A stretch of DNA of 64,000 nucleotides from the human T2T-CHM13v2.0 reference genome, Homo sapiens (GCF_009914755.1 NC_060941.1), one strand, 5' to 3'; shown: positions 1 to 14,444, numbered from the stretch's first letter. The notes: generated by a model not told the origin, from the sequence alone. Translations and numbers: made by a program.

Positions 1-520
1 GCCCCATGGATGGGCATTAAGACACAGCAGCCCCACATGGGCATTCAGGCCAGGCTGGGTGAGGTGGGCTGGCCAGAGACAACACTGGGAGCCTGCAGTG
101 GTGGTCTAGCCATAGCCCCCCTCAGCCAGAGCCCAGTCCTAGGTAGGGATGGGTTTCCCAGGCTCCTTTGCCCCCTGGAATCAGCCCCTCAAAGTGAGTG
201 TGCTGGGAGGGAAGGAAAGAGAAGTGAGGTGACTGAGGCCAGAGGCAGCTCCAAATGGGCCCAGGAGTGGCCCTGTCCACTGTGGTTAAAGGCAAGCAGG
301 GTTCAGCTGGGGATGAGGAGAGGATGACACCTCCTGAAGTGTTAGGCATGGGGTGTAGGTGTTTGAGCCCTGCAGGGGATGGGGAGCCTTGCTGTGTGCC
401 CCGGGCAGGTCACTTGCTCTCTGAGCCCCCTGTTAATGAAGGGTTTAGCTGACCTGGCCGAGACATCCTTTGGCTTTCATAGTCTGTGGCTCTGTGGCTC
501 ACCCCTCTTTCTCCTGCCAG

Positions 521-662
521 GATCCAGCAATGCCTGTGAGAAAACCTCCTTCACCTTCCTCAGGCAGGAGCTGCCTGTGCGCCTGGCCAACATCATGAAA
601 GAGATCAACCTGCTTCCCGACCGAGTGCTGAGCACACCCTCTGTGCAGCTGGTGCAGAGCTG
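521..662 (+). CDS. PDK2: PDK2 exon 2 (142 nt)
   Basis: ctcctgccag|GATCC...GCTG|gtgaga; encodes [47 protein letters not shown]. Confidence 0.97.
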
Positions 663-2609
663 GTGAGACCCCTGGCTCAGTCCCTGCACCTCCCACTCCA
701 TCGCCAGTGTCCCTGGGCTCAGGGATGGCATCTCCAAGCTTTTAGCAGCTTTGAGGGTGGGGTGGGGACAGACAGGAGACACCAAAGCCCCAAGCGCTTG
801 GAGTTGCCTAGGGTCACGTGGGAATCTGAGGCCAGAGCAGGACTGAGGTCAAGCTCCTAGTCTCTGTGTCTAGCCCTCTTCTTATCACCCACCTTTCTCT
901 GGAAACACAGGATCCACCTAGGAAAGCATGGTTTTCACAGCCAAAACCCCAATTCAGGCTGATGTCAGCATTAGCCAGCAGCCCAGACCTGGAACTCCAG
1001 TAACTGTTAGGCAGTATTTATTTGGGGGTAACTTTTTGGGAAGCAGAAACAAGAAGTAAGTTTTCAAATACATTATATAACCCAAGCTGCAAGACAGACT
1101 GTTTTGGATGTTGGAAAATACTCAGATACACACAAGGATGGCACAGTACCTTCCCGAAGAGCTTTGGAGGGGCAAAGACCAAACGTTTATTGCGCACTGC
1201 AGCAGGAACAGAGGGAAAGGCTCAGCAGAGTTCACTCAAGAACTCAAGTTAAGTAACTGGATGAAATTAGCCAAAGGCCAGTCACGTGAAGAATAAACAA
1301 GGGTGTCCCTTGTCACTGGGCATGTAAATAGCTAATCCTCATTGACTTTGGTGGCACCCTTGCAGAAATCTTGGGCTGGTTCTTTTGGACTTGCAGTATG
1401 ATATAGTTGTGATTTCCCTGTAGACTGAGGAGCACGTGCCCACATGTATTCTGAGCTCAAAGCCATGCGAAGTCACAGCAGCTGCCCTCAGAGGCCTGTG
1501 ATCTTGAGGGAAAAATAATATTCACCCAGGCAGGGTGAACTGAGTCCAGCATAGTGCTAGGAGCAGGGAGCTGCCAAAGAGTTCGTTTTATTTAAATTAG
1601 GAATCCAAACATTATTTTAAAAGAACACTGATATTTTTCCCTCATTGTGGAAGTGTAACAGGTTCACTTGACACTTGCAAAATGCACAATAGTAGATAGA
1701 AGAAAATGCCAACCACTCCCCTCCACCCCCTAACCGAACACAGTTCAGTTTCGTCAGATGTAGTGGTGCCTTTCCAGCGCTGTTTTCTATGCATGGACCT
1801 GTGGATATGGGGCTTATTCTAATTAAATGAGATATGGTGAGGGGCAGTGTTGTACACACAAGGCTAGGGGTGTAGTGGGTGCACCATGAATGTTTGTTGA
1901 ATGACACGTTGTGGGGCAGTTGCTATGGACATGCAGAGGAGGTGACTTGTCACTGGACCTTACAGGGTACCTAGGCAAGCTGAGAGCTAAAAGGAAGGGA
2001 AGGGCATTCCAGGCTAAAGGAATAGCCTGGGCAAAGGTGTGGAGACAGGAAGGGGCCTGGCTAAGGGAGCTGAGAACTGACTTTCTGGAGATTGTGCTGT
2101 TAGTGTGGGCTGTGAGGAAGGGGTGGAGGCATGAGGCACAGAGCCTGATCTTCATGGAGCCCAACCAGGTCACCCCTTGCTGTGCCTTGCCTCTCGGAGG
2201 TCCAGGACCTCTGAGCCAACCAACACTTCCCATCGTGGGTGGTGTGGAGTGGTGGGAAGGAGACAGAAGGTACCATCTGTTCTCCCTGGCCCTCCTCCGG
2301 CTCTATCCGGCTGCCTGACCTGGCTGCCTCTCCACCTGGTCCCTGACTCCAGGGCAGGACTTCTCAGGCCCCTCCCTGGACACCGTGTTCCTGGGAGAGC
2401 TGAGGGATGCAGGAGGAGGGCAGGGGCCTGCTGAGCTTCCCATGACTCCCCCAGGGGCCCCTGCAGAGTCCCTTCCTGAAACTCAGTGACACAGATAAGA
2501 GGTTGGCCTGACTTATTCTTCCGCAAAGCTTGCAAGTAATGTCAAGTAACAGCAGGAGGGAATGAAGTTAGACAAGAGAGAACACTTCCTCAATGAAGGA
2601 TTCAGCTTA

Positions 2610-2916
<307 letters not shown>

Positions 2917-3714
2917 TTAGAGGAGAGCAGGCCGAGGGATTGCTAAAGCATCCCAACGCGCTGAAGAGACAGCCTGCCAAGAATGTTTCCAGAGAGAATG
3001 AGCATTGGCTACAGCAAGAGAGACTGAGGTGTGAAGACAAGAAGGACTTCCCGACAGGGTTGAGGTGGCTGCCTGTAAGAGAGTGGAGACCTCTTTCTCC
3101 AGGAGCAACAGCCTGCCAGCTGGAATGATGGAGATGGGCAGGTTCTAGGTGCCTGAGAGGAGGGGGGAGACTTTACCAGGGAGCTTGGCAAGAGGGCCTC
3201 TAGCCTGAGTTTGATGAGTAAGAAGCAAACCCTCCTTTCTGGAAAACACAAGAGCCCTCGGCAGATGCAGTTATTAGTGGTCATGGTTCATCTGTGGTCA
3301 TAGAAATGGAGTTTCTACTCAGCTGGGGAGAGGTTCTAGGCAGAGTCACTGGGCAAGGTGAGAATTCCTGGTTCTAAATAAACCTGATACATTTCAACTG
3401 GACAGACTTGTGATAGTGGGCCCTGTTTTGGTGGAGACTGGACGGGGAGGGAAAGTCCCAGGTTTGGCCTCAGCATGTGTGACTTTGAAGCTTCATCCTG
3501 GGCAAGCCACATGGCATCTCTGAGCCTCAGCTTCCTCATGTGTAAAAGGGGGACCCATTGTGTTTGTAAGGGCCAAAGGCCAGTGCTAGATGTGAAAAGT
3601 GTGCAGAACTCTACCAATACAAGGCATATCCCCAGGCTGCCGGGCAGCAACACCTCCAGCCCACAGAGGATGTAATTGTGGTGTGGCTTCTTGGGCAAGG
3701 TAGTAATAAATCAT

Positions 3715-3930
3715 GATAATAACAAAAGCAAACACCTCCAAAGGCTGGCTGTGTCCCAGGAGCTGTCCTAAGTGTCTACGCGTATTAACTCATTTCATCT
3801 TCGCAACCTTATGAGGTAGTCTTTGCTATCATCCCATTTTCTAGATGAGAAACTGAGGTTCAGAGAGGTGAAGAACCTTATCTGAGATCACCCAGGGACT
3901 AGGTGGTGGAATTGGGATTCGAACCCAGCT
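3715..3930. mobile_element. MIR (similar MIR fragments at about 5800-6190, 6555-6780, 16440-16490, 21890-22090, 24885-25110, 27575-27780, 41990-42140, 56690-56770)
   Basis: MIR core cccattttctagatgagaaactgaggttcagagagg. Confidence 0.65.
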
Positions 3931-6900
3931 GTTGGATTTGGAGACTGGATTCTTGAAGGGAAAGGAGGGAGCCTGCACTCTGGGCAGTGATGTGGAGTCA
4001 GAGATTTCCAAGTTCATGGTGCAAGTCTGTGGGAGAGCAGAACTCACTTTACAAAATTGTTGACAGCCGGTGTTGTTAGAGACGGAAAGGGACAACCCCG
4101 GCTCCTCTCCAGGCGTGGAGTCTGTGGGGATGTGCTTCCAGAAAATGCAGGGTTAAGCAGGAGCTGCAGAGTAGAATCAAATGACAATGACTCACTGCTG
4201 TCACTAACAGGCTCTTTGTGGGGGCTGTAGGTGGGAGGCGATATGGCCGGCACCTTCGCACAAACCTCCCTTGCCCGTCAGCAAGGTGTGTGGACCCCAT
4301 ACAGGGGGTGTGGCTTGGGTGCCCAGGACCTGCTAAAGCCACACGAGCTCTCCAAACCCGTCAGCCGCTCCTTGCATGACCGAGCAGGACCGACCACTTA
4401 CTGCGCATGTACTCGAGGCATCATCTTTTCTGTACACCCAGGCCCATGAGGTGCTTACTCCCATGAACCCCATTTTGCAAATGGGGACCCGAGGGACTCG
4501 GTGGCCTCTTTAGGGCACAATCAGCAGCGGAACCCAAACCTGCCTGGCTCAGAGGCTCCGGAGGCGGGACACCGCCACCTCTCCCCCAAGTGCAGCGAGC
4601 ACCCTCCTCCCCAGCCTTTGCCTTGTTTACACCCTGCTCCCCAGCAGCTGTGGATACGAGTGCACAGGGCACACCCTCGCACACACCCACAGGCATGCAC
4701 ATGCCACATGCACACAATTACACACACTCCCCCGCTGGCTCAGCACCCCCTCTGCTCCCACACAGGGCTGCAGGGCCCTCCTCCCACTCACTCACCCTCT
4801 CCTCCCGCCCCCACCGCCCATTATCAGCCCCACACTCTCAGCAAGCCTCCTGGCTTCTGCCTGCATCCACCCCTCCTCCTTCTCATTCCTGGGGCTCTGG
4901 ACTGGCTCTGGAGCCCTGGAAAGCAGGGTTTGGGTGGATCTCCACATTACCTTGGGCTGGGCTTGGGAGCTCCGGATCTCACCAAGGGACTCCTGGGGGC
5001 CTTGATTACTGCAGAGGTCAGCAGGCCCAGAGACCCCAGCCTCCCTGCAGGTCCCGGGGAGGGGTGGGGGCAATGCCTCTCCCGCCTGTTGGTGCCTGTC
5101 TGTCACTGCACCACTGCTTCAGGCCTCCCTTATATAAGCCCAGTTCTCTCTCTGGCCTGCAAGGGGTGGGCAGCCCAGAGGCCAGCGCCACTCGTCCCCA
5201 ATCTCCCTTCTTAGGATCAAGAACCGGCCCAAGGTTGACATTTGGTGCACCAGGCCCCTGAGGGGCTTCAGGGCAAGGCCAGGGACCTCGGGGAAAATCC
5301 TCATCCTCTCCCCTCCATTCCAAGAGTAGCCTGGGCCCCTTGCCCTGGAGGAGCCCTGGCCCTGTGAGGGAGGCTGGCAGGCGCTGCCCGCTGTCACTCC
5401 ATGCCGGTGCCCTTTGCTCCACTTCAGTGGCCACGTGACCAGGCCCCATTCCTGCCCTCTAGGGTTGTTGAGCAGCCACAAAAGGGGTGGTGCCAGCAGC
5501 TGGGGCACTCTCCCTAAGTGAGACTGGGACTTTGACCATGCCCACCCCCACCCACTGCCCAGCACAGTCAGGAAGTGGCTTAGCCTCCCAGCTCCCACCC
5601 GCTTCATCCCCACCTGCCTCCTGGGAAGGGGCCTCAGGCCCCACTCTGCAGTGGGTCTCCTCCCCCTCCTCTCCCCACCTGCCCCTAGCACTGCCTGTGT
5701 GCGGGCCCTCTCTCCCCTAAGAATCATATGAGCATGAAGGTCTATTTTGGGTGCGTTTAGGGAGCAAGGGATTCGGAGCCACATAGGCCTGGATGAGAGA
5801 ATCTCAGCTCTGTGTGTTAACTTCCTCATCTGTAAAATGGGTCCAGCAGTAGCGCCCACCTCTGGGGTTCTTGTGGAGGTGAAAGTGGGGCAGGAGGGAA
5901 GCACAGGGTGGACCTGGCTATTGGTACCCAGTAAATGCCACCATCACCATCAGCAGCGGCATCACCGTCAGGGCCCGTGTTGGCCGTTGGCCACGTGGTG
6001 TAGACTTGGAGTCTGCAAGAGCTAGGTTTGAATCCCAACCTGCTGCTTACTATGTGGCCTGGGGCATATCACTAACCTCTCAGTGCTGGTCTCGTTGTCT
6101 GCAAAAACAGGGAAATACCTTGTGCTCATCAAGGCTGTTGGCAGATGAGAGACCCTGTGTGGGACTCGGCACAAGTGGGTGTTAGTGGTCGCTATGTTCT
6201 TCTCCAGGGAGACAGGTGAGGTCTTAGGAGTGCCAGCCTGATTGTCTGCTGGGGTGGCAGGGATGGTGATGGGGGCTGAGAGAAAGGCTGATCTTTTCTG
6301 CTGTTGGGGCCCCCAGCCCCATCAGCAGCCACAGCTCCTCCTATCGGGCTCTGTGCAGAGCTCTGGGTAGGGAGGGGTGGGCGGTGAGCTCTGGGCCTGA
6401 GACAGCCCCCTTCGTGTGGCAGTGGGGCAGGTCTCCAGGGCACAGGGGCTCCAACATGCTGTGATTCAGAGCCTACAAGCAGTGGGAGAGTATCAGATGC
6501 TGCCTGGGGGCTCAGAGGATGCATGCAGCTGTTGACAGTGTTTGAGCCACCAGCCATAATAAGAGCAAGCATTAGAGAGTGCTCACTATGTGCTAGGCAC
6601 TGTGCTAATCATCACATGGAATTCTCACCACAAAGCAGTCATAAATAGATATAACAATCCCCATTTTCCTAATGAGCAAACTCAGGCCCAGAGAGGTTCC
6701 ATGACTTACCCAGAGCCACACAGCTCCAAGTGCTTAAAGAGCCAGGTCTGGGTCCAGAGCTGGTTCTTTCACTCTCTTCTCTGTCAGGCAAGAGCAAGAA
6801 GAGCAGCAATACTAGGTTTAAGGGGAAGGGCATTCCTAGCAGAGGGCACTGTGTGAACAGAAGCGTGGAGGTGAGAGTCGAGCAGAATCAGCACTCTGGA

Positions 6901-7310
6901 GTGGCAAGAGCGCTGGAGACTCGGGGGCTTCATCATCCCACTTACTAGCTATGGGGCTGCTTACGCCTCCCTGGGGGAGGCTGTGCGTGGGGCTGATTCC
7001 TGCCTGTCTGCCTGTTACAGGTTACAGTGAAGGCCAGAGCACTGTGGACATGGGAATGAGTCCTCGTGTGGAGGGGCCTTTTCTAGAAATACTGTTGGGC
7101 CCCTGGGGCCCTTGGCACTGCAGGGCTCTAGGTAGCGCCCCCCCTTCCTCCTGGTTATAAGTGTTTCTGCCAGAGAGAGGCTCTTCCTGCCTTCCCCAAA
7201 GGAACAAGCCACAGACTGGACATGTTAGCAGGGAAACAGGTCATGGCTCCCCAGGGCACGGGGCACAGTGGCTCCAGCTTGGTACCATCTGCCACCACAG
7301 GTGGACCTGA

Positions 7311-8177
<867 letters not shown>

Positions 8178-8468
8178 TAGATGGGATCATCTCCAAGCCC
8201 CTTCTGAGAGGACTATTCTAGGATTCCAAAGCAAAGGTGCTAAACGGGGGACCAGCAAATTTGAAGTTTTCTTGCATAACTGACTGGGTTGTCAGGGAGA
8301 CTCACATACAAATGAAATGGATGGAGAAAAATAGTGAGGCGGCTTGTCGGCAGCTCTGTGTGGGGCCCGCGTAGGAGCAGGACAAGAGCAAGGCCCAGTT
8401 GAATGAAGTGGGTGAGGAGGGGCTAGCCACCTGAAGCTGAGGCTGTGTCCCCTCCCGCCCCCACACAG

Positions 8469-8540
8469 GTATGTCCAGAGCCTCCTGGACATCATGGAGT
8501 TCCTGGACAAGGATCCCGAGGACCATCGCACCCTGAGCCA
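8469..8540 (+). CDS. PDK2: PDK2 exon 3 (72 nt)
   Basis: cacacag|GTATGTC...AGCCA|gtgagt; [24 protein letters not shown]. Confidence 0.96.
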
Positions 8541-8982
8541 GTGAGTGGGGGCCCTGGGTGGGGCAGGAAGGCAGGTGTTGGCCAGGGGCATCTGGGGTTG
8601 CAGCCCCTGGGGCAGAAGTACAGCAGGATGGAAGAAAAGACCCCTGCCTTCAGAAACATCCAGTCTGAGTGGGGAGACAGACTCTGCTTCAGGGAGCCCC
8701 AAGTTTGATGGGAGAGACATGGACTCCATTCTCACTGTTCCCTGAGCCCGGTGGGCAAGACCCAGGCCCTGCCATGGGGAGGATGAGAACTCTGGGCTTT
8801 CAAGTGGGAAGCCTGCCGGCAGGCAGCTAAAAGATCAGAGTGGGCTTTGGGAGGAGCAGGGAGGGCACTGGGAGTCCATCGGATTGGGAAGGGTAGAGCG
8901 GGTGAAGACACCGTGGAGAGGGGAGTCAGAAGCGGAGAAGAGTCTGGGGGTGTCCCATGTGAACATCTGCCCTGCCCCACAG

Positions 8983-9167
8983 GTTCACTGACGCCCTGGT
9001 CACCATCCGGAACCGGCACAACGACGTGGTGCCCACCATGGCACAAGGCGTGCTTGAGTACAAGGACACCTACGGCGATGACCCCGTCTCCAACCAGAAC
9101 ATCCAGTACTTCCTGGACCGCTTCTACCTCAGCCGCATCTCCATCCGCATGCTCATCAACCAGCACA
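8983..9167 (+). CDS. PDK2: PDK2 exon 4 (185 nt)
   Basis: ccccacag|GTTCAC...CAGCACA|gtgggt; [27 protein letters not shown]...[10 protein letters not shown]. Confidence 0.96.
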
Positions 9168-9330
9168 GTGGGTGCCGGCCACAGCGGCGGGGAGCGGGCG
9201 GTGGGGGGGGCGGTGCTGGGGCCCAGGGCCGGGCTGCTGAGGGGACCTAGACCACTCTTCAGAACCCCACAAAGGGAGTCTTTGAATAGTTACTCCAGTA
9301 ACTATGGAGTTAATGGCTCCAACATGGAAA

Positions 9331-9336
9331 AATAAA
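9331..9336 (+). terminator. Intronic AATAAA in PDK2 intron 4 (a second at 9621-9626)
   Basis: AATAAA followed by U-rich tracts (ttttctttctc, ttttgttttcagtgtttg) in an AT-rich island. Confidence 0.6.
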
Positions 9337-9892
9337 ATTTTTCTTTCTCATTGATTTTCCATTTCAAAACGTTTTGTTTTCAGTGTTTGCAAAATGTAAA
9401 ATTATGTCACATCTTTAAAAGAATGTTTAATTTAGTATTTATAAAAACTCTCATTATGTTCAAAAACAACTTGTTGTTTAGAGTTTCTTATTCCAGGAGG
9501 ATTCACTATGATTTTTTGAGAAGTTGTAGCCAGTCATAAATTAAACAAGTTCCTCATGCTCAAATAATTTCCAAAGCAAGGTGGTAAGAGTTCTCTTAGA
9601 ATGTTATAGTCAAAGAAAAGAATAAATGCAATGTGGAGATGTGATGTGGGGAGAGACCTCTGAAAAGACGTCTGTTTCAGGTTTGCAAAGGTTTAAAAAC
9701 GGCCTAAGCCAGGGCTGGAGGGGTCAGGGGTCAGGGAAGGGAGGACAGAAGCGGGGGAGTGGGGCAGCTTTAGGACTGGAGCCTACAGAGGCATTGGAGG
9801 TGAAAGTAGAAAGAGGAGGAAAGCCCGGGGGAAGAGGGAGCGCTGGGACAGACTGCAGCCCAGCCAACAGCATCCTCCCTTCCTGCCTGCAG

Positions 9893-9982
9893 CCCTCATC
9901 TTTGATGGCAGCACCAACCCAGCCCATCCCAAACACATCGGCAGCATCGACCCCAACTGCAACGTCTCTGAGGTGGTCAAAG
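9893..9982 (+). CDS. PDK2: PDK2 exon 5 (90 nt)
   Basis: cctgcag|CCCTC...CAAAG|gtgagc; LIFDGSTNPAHPKHIGSIDPNCNVSEVVK. Confidence 0.96.
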
Positions 9983-10174
9983 GTGAGCCATTCCCACGGT
10001 GCCTGGCCCGCAGAGAAGCCCCAGGGACCCCTCCAAGCTTACCTGGCCAGAGGGTGACTCGTTCCTCAGTAAGGGGTGCCATGGATTTAATGCTGGTGGT
10101 CCCCAGTATCAGTGTCAGGAGGACTGCCTGCTGGGTGGGCCACCCATGCCCTGAATGACCCCATCTTCTCTCAG

Positions 10175-10252
10175 ATGCCTACGACATGGCTAAGCTCCTG
10201 TGTGACAAGTATTACATGGCCTCACCTGACCTGGAGATCCAGGAGATCAATG
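10175..10252 (+). CDS. PDK2: PDK2 exon 6 (78 nt)
   Basis: tctctcag|ATGCC...CAATG|gtgagt; [26 protein letters not shown]. Confidence 0.96.
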
Positions 10253-10369
10253 GTGAGTGAGCGGGGCTGTGTATGTGTCTGTCTTGGGGCTGGGGACGTG
10301 GCAGGGCAAGGTGAGACGGGGAGTCAGGAGATGGACTGTTTTCTAGACAGGGGAGAAGCAGAGTTATTA

Positions 10370-10692
<323 letters not shown>

Positions 10693-11254
10693 ATTGAGTG
10701 AATGAATGAATGAAAGAGTAAGCAAGACAGAAATGGTCCCCATTCTCGTGGACCTTACATTTTTGGTGCTAGGGAGATTGCGGAATGGAGCCTTCAGCCA
10801 ATTAACAAGTAAATAAACAAGACCATCTCAGATCATGACAAGTGATGGGAAGGAAATAAAATGGGGTAACTCAACAGGGGTAGGGAGGAGGGGCATGTTA
10901 GATGGTGTATCAGCTTGGCTGCTTTCCTAGAACCCCAATACCAGTGGCTTACTTAAGAGGGAGGTTTCCCTCTCGCCAGCCCCTTGCTGGACAGGTCAGG
11001 GCTGGCTCCCCACCCCTGATTCAGTTCTAGCCTGGAGGAAGGGAACAAGGGTGTGGAAAGCAGGGCCCAAGAATTGAATGCATCACTTCCATGAGTCACC
11101 AGCTACCCCAGCTCAAGGGAGGCTGGGGATTTAGTCTCTCGCTGGGCAGCCATGTACTCAGAACTTTGTGGGAGGGGGTGCCTCCTTTGGGTAAGGTGGT
11201 TGAGCAGTGACCTCCTGACGGTTTCCTGACCCTTGGTCTTGACTTGCCCTGTAG

Positions 11255-11331
11255 CAGCCAACTCCAAACAGCCGATTCACATGGTCTACGTCCCCTCCCA
11301 CCTCTACCACATGCTCTTTGAGCTCTTCAAG
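11255..11331 (+). CDS. PDK2: PDK2 exon 7 (77 nt)
   Basis: ctgtag|CAGCC...TTCAAG|gtgagg; [26 protein letters not shown] (start of the GHKL N-box). Confidence 0.95.
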
Positions 11332-11417
11332 GTGAGGAGGCTGGGAGCCGGTGCTTTGCGGGGAGCGTGAGTAGGGCTGGCTTCTCCCATGCATCTCTTA
11401 CCTCTGCCCCTCCGCAG

Positions 11418-11516
11418 AATGCCATGAGGGCGACTGTGGAAAGCCATGAGTCCAGCCTCATTCTCCCACCCATCAAGGTCATGGTGGCCTTGGGTGAGGA
11501 AGATCTGTCCATCAAG
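11418..11516 (+). CDS. PDK2: PDK2 exon 8 (99 nt)
   Basis: tccgcag|AATGCC...ATCAAG|gtatgt; [33 protein letters not shown]. Confidence 0.96.
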
Positions 11517-11710
11517 GTATGTGACCCTTTGACCTTGGGGACCAGGGAGCAGTAGTGGGGGCTTCCCTCCTGCCAGGAGACGGGCTTTCCTTTTCTCCTA
11601 CATGGTGGGCAGATCCTGGGGGTGGGGAAGACCATGAGAAGGTCAGGGGTATTGGGCGGGGTGGGGAAAATGAGCTGTAAAGAATCCCTGACACATCCCA
11701 TCTCTCCCAG

Positions 11711-11818
11711 ATGAGTGACCGAGGTGGGGGTGTTCCCTTGAGGAAGATTGAGCGACTCTTCAGCTACATGTACTCCACAGCACCCACCCCCCAGCCTGGC
11801 ACCGGGGGAACGCCGCTG
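11711..11818 (+). CDS. PDK2: PDK2 exon 9 (108 nt)
   Basis: ctcccag|ATGAGT...CCGCTG|gtgaga; [36 protein letters not shown] (G1 box DxGxG). Confidence 0.96.
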
Positions 11819-12388
11819 GTGAGATGGCTTCACCCCAGCCCCTCCCACCTCCTGAGGGAGGCTTCTCTCCTCCTCACTCACTTCCTTATCTCCCTGCTCA
11901 CTCAGCTTCTGTGTGGCCGTCTGTGACAGTCACCTGTCTTGAATCTGGGCCCCCGCACCTCCCACATCTCCCCAGTCTGCACAGATCTCACCTGTCGGAT
12001 GTCTCTCTGTCACCTTTCCTCCATCTTCCCTCTCTTCTGTAGCTCCCAAACCCCCAATTTCTACCTTTCTCCTGGTGTTGTCCAACTTGTCAGCACCTCC
12101 CTGTTAGAAAACTTGAGACTCAAAGGAGCCGTGGGGCCTGCTCTGACTTCCTGGCCCCTGAGCGGAACTCCTCTCTCTGCCCAAGCCTCCCTCCCGCATT
12201 CATGATTGCCCCATTCACCCCACACACACTTCTTACCTCAGTGTCCCCTCCCACATGTCCCCTCCCAGCTCTGGGACCCCTGCCATGTGACCCCAGCTCC
12301 ACACCCTTCCCTCCCTGCATCAGTCCCTGCAGCTCCAGGAGGCCCCTGCCAGCCTCCTCATCCTCACTGCCTTCCTGCCCCGCTGCAG

Positions 12389-12502
12389 GCTGGCTTTGGT
12401 TATGGGCTCCCCATTTCCCGCCTCTACGCCAAGTACTTCCAGGGAGACCTGCAGCTCTTCTCCATGGAAGGCTTTGGGACCGATGCTGTCATCTATCTCA
12501 AG
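12389..12502 (+). CDS. PDK2: PDK2 exon 10 (114 nt)
   Basis: gctgcag|GCTGGC...CTCAAG|gtgagg; [38 protein letters not shown] (G2 box GFGYGL). Confidence 0.96.
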
Positions 12503-13058
12503 GTGAGGGCCCTTCCCGCAGAGCCCAGCTGGAGAAGAGCTTTGCTGATAGGACGTGGGCAGCCTTGGCCAGCTGCGAGCTTTCCTTTCCATCCCCCCAG
12601 TCCTTCCCTGGCCCCAGACTCTGAGAATCCAAGCAAAGCTACAGTTCCTCAACCTGAAGAACCCTCAACCCCCAGACACGCACTGCTTGTCAGGGAATTT
12701 AGGGGAGTCTGTGGTCTATGATTAAGACCCCTGTGCTGGGAACCCTTGACTTGTTAGACCCAGAAGGAAGGGGACACCCTAGGTCTTGCCATTCAGTTCA
12801 GAGGAGAAGACTGAGGCCCGGAGTCCGTGACTTGCTCAGGGTCACACAGCCCAGCCTCCTCCCCCTCCCTCTCCCTCCCTTAGAGGGAGCTGCTTGCTTG
12901 AATGGGCAGGAGCGGGACACAGGAGGGACCACCCTTTTGTGGTCTTTCCAGGCCCCCGTGTCTGGCAGCTGGGCTGCCGCTGAGCTGGGGTGGGGTGGTC
13001 TGCTGAGGAGTGGACAAGGCACAGGGAGGTGGGAGGGGCTGACCCTGACACTCCCCAG

Positions 13059-13199
13059 GCCCTGTCCACGGACTCGGTGGAGCGCCTGCCTGTCTACAAC
13101 AAGTCAGCCTGGCGCCACTACCAGACCATCCAGGAGGCCGGCGACTGGTGTGTGCCCAGCACGGAGCCCAAGAACACGTCCACGTACCGCGTCAGCTAA
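13059..13199 (+). CDS. PDK2: PDK2 exon 11 coding part to TAA
   Basis: ctccccag|GCCCTG...; [46 protein letters not shown] (C-terminal DW motif). Confidence 0.96.
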   Translation, partial: ALSTDSVERLPVYNKSAWRHYQTIQEAGDWCVPSTEPKNTSTYRVS

Positions 13200-14436
13200 G
13201 GGCCGCCATGCATCTGCACCTGAGAGGACGGACTGCCGCCTCTGGGTCCCCCCACCGTGGTGCCCCTCACCATCCTCCTGGGGCAGCAGGGGGTGGGTTC
13301 TCCCTGATGACCAGGTTCTGTCTCTATGGAAGTCACTGCGGTGATAGGTCTGTGATGGTCCCTAAGTGCCAGTCCATCTCTGTGGAGACCCCTCGGTGGC
13401 CTCCCTATCTCTGTGGGCGATGCCTGAGGGTTAGGGATGTCTCCACCCTGATGGGGTGTCCCAGAGACATTTTCCCATGGCAGTCCTCCTCTCTGAGACC
13501 AGGGCTGTCACTTTTCTGCCAGGGGTACTGGGTCCCCCTCAGCACCCTCCACAGCACAGGCCTTCCAAGTGGATGTCCCGTTGCCTTATTCCCCCAGCCC
13601 ACAAAGGCACCCTGGCCTTGGTCTGCTGAAGTGTTAGGAAGAGGGTGGGTGCCCTCCAGACCTGGGGACTGAGTGGGGAAAGGAGTTACACCCGTGAGTG
13701 GGGAATGAGGCTGGTCCTGCAGCCTCTCCCTCCGCTCAGGGCTTGAAGGTCGGTGGCGGAGGGGGTGGCTCTCACAGGGCCCAACTCTAAAGTGGAAGAA
13801 CCTTGTTAGACCGAGAGCTTGCCATCCAGCCAAGCTGCTCGAGGCCCTGCAGTGGCCTTGGCAATGTCTGTGCCACCTCCTGAGCCCTCCCAGCATGTCC
13901 TCACATGCTCATGCCCACCCGCTCCTCCACAAGCCTAGTCCATCCTGCCTGAGCTCCAGCCCCCAGCCCCCACTGTGCCCAGACATGTGTGCTCAGGGTG
14001 GCTTTCTCCCTAGGACCTTCTGTGTATATAGTTAGTTTTATAACCCTGAATGCCCCCACCCTTCCCCTAAGCACACAGGGGTTAAAGCTGTGTGTCCCTC
14101 CCAGTGGCTGTGGCAGTGACAGTGACACCCACACCCACAGTAAAGAGGAGACTGAATGAGACTGGCCTGGCTGCATCCCTGGGGGAGGGGACCCACACGT
14201 GCGCACGTACACACGCACACTGCGGTGCCCTGTGACCACCACATGACGCACCGGGGACGTCCGGCCCAGCTCAGGACTGTGAGTAAAACACTGGGCAAAG
14301 CCATCTGTTCAGAACGCCGGATGGCCCAGCACCTGGTGACAGACCTGTTGTCCCACCATACTCAGGGCCCAGCAGAGTCCGGCCAACCCAACAACTGGAG
14401 CAGACAGAAATTCTGGTCACTGGCACATCATAAGGA

Positions 14437-14442
14437 TTTATT
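14437..14442 (-). terminator. SAMD14 distal poly(A) signal AATAAA (minus strand)
   Basis: Plus-strand TTTATT about 1.55 kb beyond the SAMD14 stop. Confidence 0.7.
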
Positions 14443-14444
14443 GA

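Noticed and set aside
4501-5904. Overlapping 220-260 aa ORFs in PDK2 intron 2
   Set aside because: Pro/His/Gly-rich open frames in stop-poor GC-rich DNA; non-ATG starts and no homology that I recognise.
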